Source: Candidatus Latescibacterota bacterium (lineage in GTDB: Bacteria > Latescibacterota > UBA2968 > UBA8231). From it: 64,000 nucleotides of DNA. Of the stretch, positions 10,616-25,888 are shown in pieces (the stretch's first letter is position 1; every line of letters starts with the position of its first letter). Location: NCBI GenBank assembly GCA_964291625.2, contig OZ220089.1, positions 736,001 to 800,000 on the forward strand, given 5' to 3'. A program made the translations under genes and the position numbers. The notes beneath the pieces are model-generated. The model saw only the letters and a program-made list of their open reading frames with translations. It had not been told where the DNA came from and did no database searches.

Positions 10616-11451
10616 TGCGCACCTACCTCGACCAGCTGCAGCAGATCCTCGACCACGGCGTGGAGAAGCGGGACCGCACCGGCGTGGGGACCCTCTCCCT
10701 CTTCGGCATGCAGGCGCGCTACGCCATGGACGACGGCTTCCCCGCGGTCACCACCAAGAGGCTGGTGTGGAAGTCGATGCTCTCGGAGCTGCTGTGGTTC
10801 GTCTCGGGGTCGGACAACATCAACGACCTCAAGGCGATCTACCCGCACAACAAGCTCTGGGACGCCAACTACGAGGACTACCTCTCGCGCCTCGGCGTGG
10901 ACGAGAACGACGGCGCCATGGGGCGCATCTACGGGGTGCAGTGGCGCCGCTGGCGCGGGGCGGAGGGCACCGTCGACCAGCTGCAGGAGGCCGTCGACCT
11001 GCTGCGCGCGAACCCCGGCTCGCGGCGGATCATGGTCGACGCCTGGAACGCCGCCGAGACCGGTCCCGCCGACGTGGCCCTGCCGCCGTGCCACAATTTC
11101 TTCCAGCTCTACACCGCCGGCGACCGGCTCTCGCTGCAGATGTACCAGCGCTCCTGCGACATGTTCCTCGGCGTGCCCCTCAACATCGCCTCGTACTCGC
11201 TGCTGCTGCACATGCTCGCCCGAATCACCGGCTTCGTGGCCCACGAGTTCATCCACACTCTCGGCGACTGCCACATCTACCTGAACCACGTCGACGCCGT
11301 GCGCGAGCAGCTCGGCCGCGATCCCCTGCCGCTGCCGCGTCTGCGAATCCGCGACCGCGGCCAGCGCGAGATCGACGACTTCGTCTTCGACGACTTCGAG
11401 CTGGAAGACTACCGCAGCCACCCCGCCATCCGCGCCGACATGGCGGTCTGA
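10615..11451 (+). CDS. thyA: Thymidylate synthase
   Basis: DRTGVGT, ELLWF, GRIYGVQWR, catalytic LPPCH, YQRSCDMFLGVPLNIASY, GDCHIYLNH, C-terminal MAV; TGATG coupling to the upstream gene. Confidence 0.97.
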   Translation: MRTYLDQLQQILDHGVEKRDRTGVGTLSLFGMQARYAMDDGFPAVTTKRLVWKSMLSELLWFVSGSDNINDLKAIYPHNKLWDANYEDYLSRLGVDENDGAMGRIYGVQWRRWRGAEGTVDQLQEAVDLLRANPGSRRIMVDAWNAAETGPADVALPPCHNFFQLYTAGDRLSLQMYQRSCDMFLGVPLNIASYSLLLHMLARITGFVAHEFIHTLGDCHIYLNHVDAVREQLGRDPLPLPRLRIRDRGQREIDDFVFDDFELEDYRSHPAIRADMAV

Positions 11452-11464
11452 CGGGCCCTCCGGG

Positions 11465-12165
11465 TCAGACGAAGCGCTCCCGGCGCTGCAGGCGCAGCAG
11501 GCCGCCGAGGACGGCGAGGACCGACCCGGCGAGCAGGTAGGCGCGGTTGTGGAAGGTGTTGCCCGAGCGCACCAGGCCCTCGACCTCGTCGAGGAGGTCG
11601 AAGGGGTTGTAGAACACGTTCCAGCGGCTGCCCTCCAGGGGCTGGGCGGTGATCCAGAGTGCCAGGACCAGGAGCACGAGGACGGCCGCGGCGCCGTTGC
11701 CGCTGCGCGTGAAGGTGGCCGCCAGGAATCCGGCGCCGGCGAGGAAGGCCACGGGGAACATGAGGTGGAAGACCATCTCGTGGACGGCGAAGTCGGCGAG
11801 GGCGAACCGGCAGAACAGGGCCAGCCCGGACAGGACCGCCGCCGCCGCCATGAGCAGCACGGCGTGCCGGGCCAACCACACCTTGTAGCGGTAGTCGGGG
11901 ATCCCGAAGAGGGTCTCCACCATGCCGGCGTCGACCTCGCTCTGCAGGGCGTACGCCGAGGGGTAGATGACCAGCACCACGCCGGGCACCAGCAGGAAGT
12001 AGTAGACGACGTCCGGCCCCGGCGGCACCTTCTCCTCGGCCGTGTGGATCACGGCGATGAGCAGGAAGAGGGCCACGGCCATCAGCAGGAACCAGGCGAA
12101 GCGGCCGGCGAAGACCTGCCGGGCGCTGTAGCGCAGGAAGGCGGGGGCGCTGCCCAGGGGCGGCG

Positions 12166-12169
<4 letters not shown>
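11465..12169 (-). CDS. ABC-2-type permease-like membrane protein (234 aa)
   Basis: 3' part of ORF 11465..16588; GTG start overlaps the RND-ABC stop (GTGA); about 6 TM; SEVDAGMVETLFGIP matches the ABC-2 E...GtlE.L...P loop. Confidence 0.75.
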
Positions 12170-16838
<4,669 letters not shown>

Positions 16839-16842
<4 letters not shown>

Positions 16843-19800
16843 GGCGTCGGGGCCGGCCCCGGCCGGAGCCGGTCGATGCGGGCGAAGAGGTGGTAGACGC
16901 AGGGGACCACCACCAGGGTGAGGGCCGTGCAGCTGAAGAGCCCGCCGATGACGGCCACCGCCATCGGCGCCCGCAGCACGGCGCCCTCGCCGGCGCCGGC
17001 GGCCAGGGGCAGCAGGGCGAGCATGGTGGTCAGGCTGGTCATCAGGATCGGCCGGATGCGGGTCCGTCCGGCGTTGACGATCGCCTGCTCCAGCTCCTGG
17101 CCGGCCCGGCGGTTGCGGTTGATGCGGTCCACCAGCACGATCGAGTCGTTGACGGCGATCCCGGCCAGCAGGATGACGCCGATGAAGGACATGACGTTGA
17201 GGGGCATGCCCAGGGCCAGGAGCAGGGCCACGGCGCCGACCCCGGCCAGGGGGATGGTCAGCAGGATGACGAAGGGGTGCACCAGCGACTCGAACTGGGC
17301 GGCCATCACCATGTAGACGAGGACCACGGCCAGCAGCAGGGCGAAGCCCAGGTTGCGGAACGAGTCCCGGCGCAGCTTCTCCTCGCCGGTGAGGACGAAG
17401 CCGTATTCCGGCGGCCGGTCCACCTGCCCGAGGGCCTCCTCGACGCGGCCGGCGATCCGGTCGAAGGGTTCGTCACCCTCCAGGCGGGCGCTCACCGTGA
17501 CCACCCGGTGCTGGTTGCGGCGCAGGATCTCCCGGGGCGTGGCTGCGGCGCGCAGGCCGGCGACCTCGTCGAGGCGCACCCGCCGCCCCCCGGGGGCCTC
17601 CAGCAGCAGGCGGCCCAGCTCGGCCAGGGTCACCTCGGGCCGGCGGATGACGATGTCGGCGGCCTCCCCCCCCTGCCGCAGGCGGCCGGCCTCCCGCCCC
17701 GAGAGCAGGCTCTCCAGCTGCGAGCCGATGGCGTCGATGCTCAGTCCGAAGCCGGCCGCCGCGGCGCGGTCGACGACGATCTCGATCTCCGGGCGGCCCG
17801 GCCCCAGGCTCGACTCGACGCCGGTGAGCCCCTCGACGGCGGCCAGCCGCTCCTCCACCTGCCCCGCCAGGCCGGCCAGCGCGCCGAGGTCCGGGCCGTG
17901 GATCTCCACCACCACCGGCGCCTCCGAGCGCCCGAGGCTGGTCTCCAGGGCCGTCTCCCGCAGCAGGTAGCGGACCTGCCCGTCGGGGCCGGCCGGGGCC
18001 TCGCCCAGGGCCTGGGCCAGCGCCGCCGGCGAGACCGGGCTCCCCGGCCGCAGTTGCACGCGGATCGCGGCCTGGTTTTTGCCGGCCAGAAGCTCCCCGG
18101 ACCCGCCGGACCCCGCCCCCCGGCCGACGGTGGAGTAGACGCTCCTGAGCTCCGGACCGAGGGACCGCGAGATCGACCCCTCCAGGTTGCGCACCGCCCC
18201 CTCCGTGCGCTCGAGGCTGGTGCCCTCGGGCAGGGTCAGGTGCAGGGAGAGCTGCCCGGGGTCGAGGTGGGGCATGAACTCGCTGCCCAGGCGCGACAGC
18301 ACGGCGGCGGTGCCCGCCACCAGGGCCGCGGCCACCAGCACCACCGGCACCCGCCGGCGCAGGGCGGCCCCGAGCAGGGCGCCGTAGCGCGGGAAGGGAA
18401 CCCTGCCGGCCGGCGGCGGTCCGCCGCGCCCGAGGAGGCGGGAGCACAGCATGGGAATGACCAGGAGGGCGACGAACAGGGAGGAGACCAGCGAGAAGGC
18501 CACGGTCCAGGCCTGCTCCCGGAACAGCTCCCCGGCCGCCCCCTGGAGGTAGACGATGGGCAGGAAGACGACGATCGTGGTCAGGGTGGCGCTGCTGATG
18601 GCGCCCCCCACCTCGCCGGCGCCGAGGACCGCCGCCCGCGCCGGGGACTCGCCGCGCTCCAGGTGGCGGAAGACGTTCTCCACCACCACGATGGCGTTGT
18701 CCACGAGCATGCCGGCGCCGAGGGCCAGACCGCCGAGGGTCATGAGGTTCAGGGTCAGCTCGCCGAAGTACATCAGGTTGAAGGTGGCCACCACCGAGAT
18801 CGGGATCGCCAGGCTGATGACCGCCGTCACCCCGGCCCGGCGCAGGAAGACGAAGAGCACGGCCACCGCCAGCAGCACCCCGACCAGGCCGGTCTCCTCC
18901 ACCTCGGAGACGGCGGCGGCGATGAACCGCGACTGGTCCTGGACGACCTCGATCTCGTACCCCGGCAGGCTGCGGCGCAGCTGGTCCAGCTGCTCGCGCA
19001 CGGCGCGGGCGGCGTCGATGGTGTTGTGGCCGGCCTCGCGGTAGATCTCCAGGCCGAGGCAGCGGCGGCCGTCGAGGCGGACGATGCTGCGGGGCTCGCT
19101 CAGGACCTGGCGCACCTCGGCCAGGTCGCGCAGGAAGACGGGCTTGGCCTCGGGCGCCGAAGCCCCGGCGGGGCCGGACCCCTCCGCCGCGCCCGGGGCC
19201 TCCCCCTCCGGCGGTCCCGCCGCTTCGCCGGAGACCTGGGCGACCACCAGGCCTTCGAGGTCGGCGACCGACGAGAACTCCCCGACCCCCTTGATCAGGT
19301 AGCGGCGCCCCATCTCGACGATGGAGCCGCCCGACATGTTGCGGTTGGCGTTGGCGATCGCCGAGGCCAGCTGGTCGAGGGTGAGGCCGTACGCCTCGAG
19401 GGTGTAGGCGTCGGTGCGGACCTCCACCTCGCGGCGGCGGGCGCCGACGACCTCGACGGCGGCGACCCCGGGCAGGCGCACCAGCTCGCTGCGCACGATG
19501 CTCTCGGCGGTGCGCCGCAAGGCGTCGAGGTCGTCCACCTCCGGGTGGCGGAAGGCGGCGACCACCACCGGCCGGCCGTTGGGGTCGTGCCGGCTCACCG
19601 AGACTTCCTCCACGCCGGGGCGCCGGGCGAACTCGGCCATCGCCTTCTGCAGATCGAGAAAGGCCTGGTCCATGTCGACGTCCCAGCCGTACTCGACGGT
19701 GATGCGGGCGCCGCCGGTGCGCGACACCGAGGCGACGTCGAGGACTCCCCGGGTGAGGGAGGCCGCCCCCTCGAGGGGGGCCGCGAAGCGGCGCTCCACC

Positions 19801-19976
19801 TCGGACGGCGGCAGGTCCCCGGCCTCGACCTCGACGAACAGCCTCGGGTTGGCCAGGTCGGGCAGCAGGTCGACGCCCAGGCGCCGGAAGGAGAGCCCCC
19901 CCAGCAGCAGCACCGCGAGGACGAGCATGAGCACCGTCGCCGGGCGGGAGACCGAGAACCGCGCCAGGGACTCCAT
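16839..19976 (-). CDS. RND efflux permease subunit (1045 aa)
   Basis: SVSRPATV, GMLVDNAIVVVENV, YMVMAAQFESLVHPF, RIRPILMTS; GTGA overlap with the next gene. Confidence 0.95.
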
Positions 19977-21043
19977 CAGTTGGTGGTCTTCACCCGCGAG
20001 TGGTTGCGCAGGGTCTCGAAGCCCTCCACCACGAGGCGCTCGCCGTCCATGAGCCCGCTCAGCACCTCGACCTCGCGGCGGTTGCCGAGACCGGTCTCCA
20101 CGCTGCGGCGCACGGCGATCCCCTTCTCGACGACGAAGACGACCTTCTCGTGGCCGCGGTCGATGATCACCTCCCGGGGGATGACCAGGGCCGAGTCCCG
20201 GGCGTCGGCCACCAGCTCGATCTTGACGAACATCCCCGGCCGCAGGCGGCGCTCGGGGTTGTCGATGGCCAGGGCCGCCTTGAAGGTGCGGCTGTCGGCG
20301 TCGAGCACGGGCGAGACCTGGGTCACCCGGCCGTCCAGGGTGTCGCCGGCGGCGCCGTAGTGGGTCACCAGGGCCCGCTGGCCCGGGGCGACGCGGCCCA
20401 TCTCCTTGCCCGGCAGCGAGGTCTCGGCGTAGAGCTCGGCGTACTCCATGACCTGGCCGATCCGGTCCCCGGCCCGCAGCCGCCGGCCGGGGCTGTAGTG
20501 CTCCAGGTCGACCAGGGTCCCGGCGAAGGGGGCGCGCACCTCGAGCCTGGCCAGCTGCAGGCGGGCGCTCTCCAGGGCGTAGCGCGCGTCGATCGCCTGC
20601 CGCTCGGCGTCGGTGAGCTCGCGCAGGGTGATGCCGCCGTGGGCGAAGAGGCCCTTCTGCTTGTCGTGCTCGCGCTGCGCCGAGGCCTGCTGCAGGACCT
20701 TCGACTCGAGGCTCACCTGGTTCTCGAACTCGGCGTTCTCCAGGCGCGCGATCAGGTCCCCCGCCTCGACCCGGTCGCCCATGGCCCAGGCGGCCCCGGT
20801 GCGCGGGTTGGTCTGCAGCCGGTAGCGGCCGGACTCCTCGCAGGCCAGCAGGCCCTCCCGCGCCGCCTCCACGGTGGCGGTGGAAGCGACGTACTCGGCG
20901 ATCGGCCCCCGGGTCACCGGCTGCACCCGCACCGGGATCGCCGACTCGACGTCGATGTTCGGTCCCTCCTCGTCGCAGCCGGCGGCGAGGAATCCGGCCC
21001 AGGCGGCGAACCCCGCGAGCCGGAGGATCGGATGTCGCAGCAT
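19976..21043 (-). CDS. RND periplasmic adaptor (MFP) lipoprotein
   Basis: AGGAGG RBS; lipobox LAAGC; VRAPFAG, LRPGMFV, VEVLSGL..GERLVVEG; TGATG overlap. Confidence 0.93.
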   Translation of the reverse strand: MLRHPILRLAGFAAWAGFLAAGCDEEGPNIDVESAIPVRVQPVTRGPIAEYVASTATVEAAREGLLACEESGRYRLQTNPRTGAAWAMGDRVEAGDLIARLENAEFENQVSLESKVLQQASAQREHDKQKGLFAHGGITLRELTDAERQAIDARYALESARLQLARLEVRAPFAGTLVDLEHYSPGRRLRAGDRIGQVMEYAELYAETSLPGKEMGRVAPGQRALVTHYGAAGDTLDGRVTQVSPVLDADSRTFKAALAIDNPERRLRPGMFVKIELVADARDSALVIPREVIIDRGHEKVVFVVEKGIAVRRSVETGLGNRREVEVLSGLMDGERLVVEGFETLRNHSRVKTTN

Positions 21044-21051
21044 GTCGCCTC

Positions 21052-22509
21052 CTACCGTGATTCGAGGTTGATGACGGGCTCGCCGGCGGCGAAGTCCCAC
21101 AGGGTGCGCACCTTCAGGTCGAGCAGCGCCAGCTGGTAGTCGATCAGGGCCCGCACCTCCTTGAGCTGCTCCCGCGACAGCTGGTTCTGGTAGAAGGCGA
21201 TGTCCTTCGACGGCAGGTCGCCGTTGCGGTAGCGCTCCAGGTTGAGGCGGTAGGTCTGGCGGGCGCTCTCGACGCTCTTCTCGGCGATCTCGATCTGCGC
21301 CGCCTGGTTGCCCAGGGCGCGGCAGGCCTGGCGGATCTCCTTGAGGATGCGCCGCTCCTCCTCGGCCGCCGACAGCCTGCGGGCCTCCACCCGCTCCCGG
21401 GCCGCGGCCACGCGGTGCTCCCTCTCGCCCCAGTCGAAGATCGGCACCTCGAAGCGGATGCCGACCTCCTGGTTGCGCGTCGGCGAGTCGTAGACGCCGG
21501 CCAGGGCCGGGTCGGTGCCGGTGAGGCCGTAGGAGAGGTCCAGGGAGCCCTTGAACTCGTTCTGTTCCCCGGCGCGGGTGAGGTCGTCGAGGGCGTTCTG
21601 CACCTCGATCTCGCGCTGGCGGATCTCCACGCGGTTGGCCAGCCCGTGGCGCTCGGCCCGCTTCGCATCGACCTCGACGAGGCGCTTGCGCACGTCGGCC
21701 TCCACCTGAAGCTCGATCTCCAGGGGCATGCCCAGGAGGATCTTGAACTCGTCGAGGCCCTCCTCGTTCTGAAGGCGGGCGTTCTCGACGGCGGCGCGGC
21801 TGTTGGCCCGGGTCAGGCCCGCCTGCAGCAGCTCCTCGCGGGCGGTGATGCCGGCCTCGACCTTGGCGCGGACGATCTCCAGGCTCTCCTCGGCGTTGCT
21901 CAGCTCCTCCACGGCGATCGCCAGGTTGCGCTGCTGGTAATAGAGGTCGAGGAACCGGCGCGTCACCTGGCTCTCGATCTGCAGCTCCTGCATGACGAAC
22001 TGGAGATTGGAGTTCTCCAGGCCCAGCTCCAGGCGCCTCAGCTCCAGGCGGGTCCGGTTGTGGGTGAACAGGGGCTGGTTGTAGCGCAGGAACAGGGCGT
22101 TGCTGTACGAGCGCCGCGAGCCGGCGCCGGCGAAGGAGCTGGAGGCGTCGCGCCAGTCGAACGCCTGCACCAGGCTCAGGGTGCCGTCGGTGGGCTCGAT
22201 CGTCTGCCGGATGCTGAAGCGCGCCCCGGCGTGGCTCTGCTCCTGGGTATTGTAGGCGGAGACCAGCGGGTTGAAGGTCCGGTCGCGGGTGTGCTCGAAG
22301 GGCGTCACCGTGAGGCCGAACCGCGACCTGAGGGCCGCCCGCTGCGCCTCCAGCTCGCGGCGGCTGATCTCGAGGGAGCGGCGCGCCTCGGCCAGGGTCG
22401 GACTGCGGTCGCCGGCGATGCGCAGCGCGTCCTCGAGCTGCAGGATCTCGGCCGGCACGGGAGCCGCGGCCCAGAGGACCAGCGGCAGCAGGAATCTTCC
22501 CCCCTTCAA
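21052..22509 (-). CDS. TolC-family outer membrane protein
   Basis: Signal peptide; two OEP repeats (YNQPLF; FEVPIFDWG; RYRNG); lies directly upstream of the MFP. Confidence 0.92.
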   Translation of the reverse strand: MKGGRFLLPLVLWAAAPVPAEILQLEDALRIAGDRSPTLAEARRSLEISRRELEAQRAALRSRFGLTVTPFEHTRDRTFNPLVSAYNTQEQSHAGARFSIRQTIEPTDGTLSLVQAFDWRDASSSFAGAGSRRSYSNALFLRYNQPLFTHNRTRLELRRLELGLENSNLQFVMQELQIESQVTRRFLDLYYQQRNLAIAVEELSNAEESLEIVRAKVEAGITAREELLQAGLTRANSRAAVENARLQNEEGLDEFKILLGMPLEIELQVEADVRKRLVEVDAKRAERHGLANRVEIRQREIEVQNALDDLTRAGEQNEFKGSLDLSYGLTGTDPALAGVYDSPTRNQEVGIRFEVPIFDWGEREHRVAAARERVEARRLSAAEEERRILKEIRQACRALGNQAAQIEIAEKSVESARQTYRLNLERYRNGDLPSKDIAFYQNQLSREQLKEVRALIDYQLALLDLKVRTLWDFAAGEPVINLESR

Positions 22510-22540
22510 ATCGGCTCTCCTTCCGTTGCGCGGCGGCGGG

Positions 22541-25500
22541 TCACCGCCGCGCCCACTTGACGGCGTCGGCCACGACGGTGTGCTCCGGGCCGCGGTCGGT
22601 CAGCTCCACGTGGGCGGGACCGGCGGCCAGAGGATAGGTCCCCAGCAGGTTCCAGCCCTCCTCGGCGGCGGCCATGTCGAGGCCCGCGGACTCGACGCCG
22701 TCCTCGTGATGGACGAGGAAGCTCAGCTCCTGGCCGCCGCCGCCGCCCCGCCCGCGCCAGCGCCGCTCCTCGAAGTCCCCGAGGTAGTAGAACAGGTCGT
22801 AGCGGCCTCCCTCGCCGATCTCGGTGCGCCACGAGACCCGGCTGCGGCCGTCGCCCACCCTCTTGTAGTACCCCGAGAGCACGAAGCGGCCGTAGAACCG
22901 GGGGTCCGTGGCCGCCTCCCACGACCCCGGCGGACTCCAGAACTGGAAGCCCACGTAGGGGACGGCGTCCGCCTCCAGGCCGAAGAGGCCGGCGATCTGC
23001 CGGCGCAGCCAGTTGGGTCCCTCCACCGCCACGACCTCGAATCCGGGGTCCTCGTTGTCGACGACGTACTCGCCCTCCGTCTCGCCGGGGGCCAGCGGCT
23101 CGGGGCGCTCGCCGTCGAAGGGCTCGGAGCCCCGCCGCAGCCTGGCCTCGGGCAGGTGCACCTGGATCCGGGCCGGCAGGTTCCGCGAGACGTAGGTGTC
23201 GACCACCATCTCCGCCACCGGGGCGTCGACGACGAGGCCGACCCGCCGGCTCGAGGACGCCGGCACCGCCACCGTGCGGCGGTGGTCGGAGCCGGTTCCG
23301 CGCTGGAGCCAGGACTCGCCCTCGGACCGGCGGAAGCGCAGGCCCACCTCGACGACGCCGTCCACCGCCGAGGGGTTCGAGACCGTCAGCTCGATCTGGG
23401 TGCGGGTCCTCTCGCCCTGGCGCACCAGCCAGGCGTCGGCCTCCCCGATCTCGTACCCGGGCAGCTCGGTGCCCGCGAACCAGGCCTCCAGGTGCGCCTC
23501 GGCCGCCGGCACCCCGAGCCCCTCCAGCATCTCCATCAGGCCGGCCTCGGAGATCGGCCGGCCGCGGTGCCGGCCGACGAAGGCGCGGATCTCCCGGGCG
23601 AACCGCTCGGGACCGGCCGTGGCCGCGAAGGTCAGCAGCAGCTGCCGGGACTTGGCCCGGACCGCCGCCTCGATCTCCGGGTCGCCCGCGGCTCCCGGGG
23701 AGGCCAGCAGCTCCCGCAGGCTCCGCTCCTGCAGCGTCAGGTTGGACCGCTCCGCCCCGGTGAGCCCCCGCCACCTGCGGTACCAGGGGTCGTCCGGCGG
23801 CCCCAGGCCCAGCTCGAACCAGGACCCCAGGACGGCGTTGAGCACCGGCCAGCGGGGCGACGACAGGTGGGTGGCATGGGAGACGTAGGCGGGCAGCAGG
23901 CGGTAGCGGCCCTGCAGGTCCGGGTCGCCGCTCACCGCCGACCAGCCGTCGGAGCGCGTGCCCAGCAGGTCGACCTCGACGAAGGTCCGGAAGTACCCGG
24001 ACTGCAGGTCCAAGGCGCTCTCGAGCTGGTTGGCGCGCTCCTGGCTCCGCCGCGAGCGCCGCTTCATCCGGCGGAAGTCGCCGGCGTCGCAGAGGGTGCC
24101 CATCTCCGGCAGGAAGACGATCTCCGGCTGCACCGACTCCTGGGCCAGGGTCCACAGCCGGCGGTGGGACCAGGCCTGCAGGGGCACCTCCACCAGCGAC
24201 AGGCGGGGGTACGGGTACTCGAGGCCCAGTCTCGCCTCGTAGCCGGCGCGCAGCTCGCGGATCAGCCCCGGCAGGGCCGGACCCAGGGAGTCGAGGTGGG
24301 CGTCGAAGTAGGCGTGCCCCGGCCGCACGGCGAGGCTGTAGGCGACGCCGTCGACCTCGATCTGCCGGCGTTCGTACTCGCCGGCGGTGAGCGAGACCCC
24401 CGGCACCGGGCCGCTCTCGAAGCGGAAGCGGAGGCCGGCCGCGGTCGTGTCCACCCGGGCCTCGCCCTGGGAGAAGGCCGTCCAGCCGCGCGGCACCTCC
24501 ACGGCCAGCCGGAAGCGGGGGTAGTCGCGGCGGCCGGCGGCCGGGAAGGCGGCCCCCGGCGGCAGCCCGCTCACGGGGTACCAGGCGGTCTCCGGCGTCA
24601 GGTGCAGGTAGGCGGGGGTGACGAAGCCGTAGGTCTTGGGGACGGTGATCACCCAGTAGCCGAAGGGGTCCTCGATGCGCTCGCCGCCCACGTCGAGGTA
24701 GGCGGCCCCGTGGTCCGGGGCGCCGTGGTAGTCGATGCGCACCCGGGCGCTGTCGCCGGGGGCCAGGGGCCCGGCGGGGGCGATCCGCAGCAGGTGCCCG
24801 GCGCGCCGGAAGGGGGCCTCGACGCCGTCGACGGAGGCCGCGGCCACCCGGAGCCCCGGATCGAGGGTGAAGAGCAGCGAGTCGAGGGCCTCGTCGTGGG
24901 GATTGAAGAGGTCCACCGAGGCGGCCGCCTGCAGCTCGCGGCCCCGGTGCCGGACCTCGATCTGGCAGGCGAAGGCCGAGGCCGCCGGCCCGGAGGCCGC
25001 GGCGCGGCTCAGGGAGACCAGGTCGGCGCGCCTCTCGCGGCCGGCGAGGCGGTCCTCCAGGTAGGTGGCCCCCATCCAGGCGGCGCCCCCGAGACAGGCC
25101 GCGGCCACCACCGCCGCCGCGGCGTTGGCCGCCGCGGACTGGCGCAGCCGGCCCATGAGCAAGGCCGCCGCCGCCATGCACCCCAGCCCGGCCAGCAGGT
25201 GGGCGCCGCGCACGCGCAGCAGCTGCTCCTCGTTGCCGAAGCCGACGAAGTCCGACCAGGCCATGGGGATCCGGAAGGCGTAGATGTCGAAGAGCTGGAA
25301 CCGCCCGTCGCCCGCGAAGACGGCCGCCGCCCATACCCCCAGCATCAGCACCAGCACCACCGCCTGGCTGCGCACCAGGGTGATCAGCAGGCAGGCCAGG
25401 CCGCTGGTCAGGACCAGGGTCGGCAGGGTGCCGAACAGGGGCAGGAACACGTACGGCTGCCAGGCGAAGGGGGCGTCGGTGAAGAAGCGGTGGTTGACGG

Positions 25501-25888
25501 CCACCGCCGCCAGGGCGGCCGCCGCCAGACCACCCACGGCCAGGCCGACCCCCAGCATCTTGCCGGCCACGTACCCGGGGTTGGTGAAGGAGTTGGCCAG
25601 CACCGCCTCGGAGCTGTCGAGCCGGCGGTCGCGCTTGACGAACTCGGTGGCCAGCAGCGCCGCCATCAGCCCGAGGTAGAGGTTGAGGAGGCGGACGGCG
25701 GTGAGGGGCAGGGCCCCCGAGAAGGAGCGGAAGGAGAAGGGGGCGCCGCTGAAGGGGGCGGTGAAGATGATCTGGATGAGCAGCAGGAACCCCACCGCCG
25801 CCAGCGCCGACAGGCGGAAGGCCCACGACCGCCACAGGAGCCGGCACTCGTAGCGGGCCACCGCCCACCAGGGGCCGGGCCACCTCAT
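22541..25888 (-). CDS. Large ABC-2 permease with an M1-aminopeptidase-like extracytoplasmic domain and a C-terminal golvesin/xanthan-lyase-type CBM-like domain (1115 aa)
   Basis: ATGA overlap with the ATPase; about 7 N-terminal TM; M1-like segments (FTLDPGLRV, WYP, YPYPRLSLVEVP) but no HExxH; C-terminal VVDNEDPGF...GRYDLFYY...GWNLLGTY...VVADAVKW. Confidence 0.78.
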   Translation of the reverse strand: MRWPGPWWAVARYECRLLWRSWAFRLSALAAVGFLLLIQIIFTAPFSGAPFSFRSFSGALPLTAVRLLNLYLGLMAALLATEFVKRDRRLDSSEAVLANSFTNPGYVAGKMLGVGLAVGGLAAAALAAVAVNHRFFTDAPFAWQPYVFLPLFGTLPTLVLTSGLACLLITLVRSQAVVLVLMLGVWAAAVFAGDGRFQLFDIYAFRIPMAWSDFVGFGNEEQLLRVRGAHLLAGLGCMAAAALLMGRLRQSAAANAAAAVVAAACLGGAAWMGATYLEDRLAGRERRADLVSLSRAAASGPAASAFACQIEVRHRGRELQAAASVDLFNPHDEALDSLLFTLDPGLRVAAASVDGVEAPFRRAGHLLRIAPAGPLAPGDSARVRIDYHGAPDHGAAYLDVGGERIEDPFGYWVITVPKTYGFVTPAYLHLTPETAWYPVSGLPPGAAFPAAGRRDYPRFRLAVEVPRGWTAFSQGEARVDTTAAGLRFRFESGPVPGVSLTAGEYERRQIEVDGVAYSLAVRPGHAYFDAHLDSLGPALPGLIRELRAGYEARLGLEYPYPRLSLVEVPLQAWSHRRLWTLAQESVQPEIVFLPEMGTLCDAGDFRRMKRRSRRSQERANQLESALDLQSGYFRTFVEVDLLGTRSDGWSAVSGDPDLQGRYRLLPAYVSHATHLSSPRWPVLNAVLGSWFELGLGPPDDPWYRRWRGLTGAERSNLTLQERSLRELLASPGAAGDPEIEAAVRAKSRQLLLTFAATAGPERFAREIRAFVGRHRGRPISEAGLMEMLEGLGVPAAEAHLEAWFAGTELPGYEIGEADAWLVRQGERTRTQIELTVSNPSAVDGVVEVGLRFRRSEGESWLQRGTGSDHRRTVAVPASSSRRVGLVVDAPVAEMVVDTYVSRNLPARIQVHLPEARLRRGSEPFDGERPEPLAPGETEGEYVVDNEDPGFEVVAVEGPNWLRRQIAGLFGLEADAVPYVGFQFWSPPGSWEAATDPRFYGRFVLSGYYKRVGDGRSRVSWRTEIGEGGRYDLFYYLGDFEERRWRGRGGGGGQELSFLVHHEDGVESAGLDMAAAEEGWNLLGTYPLAAGPAHVELTDRGPEHTVVADAVKWARR

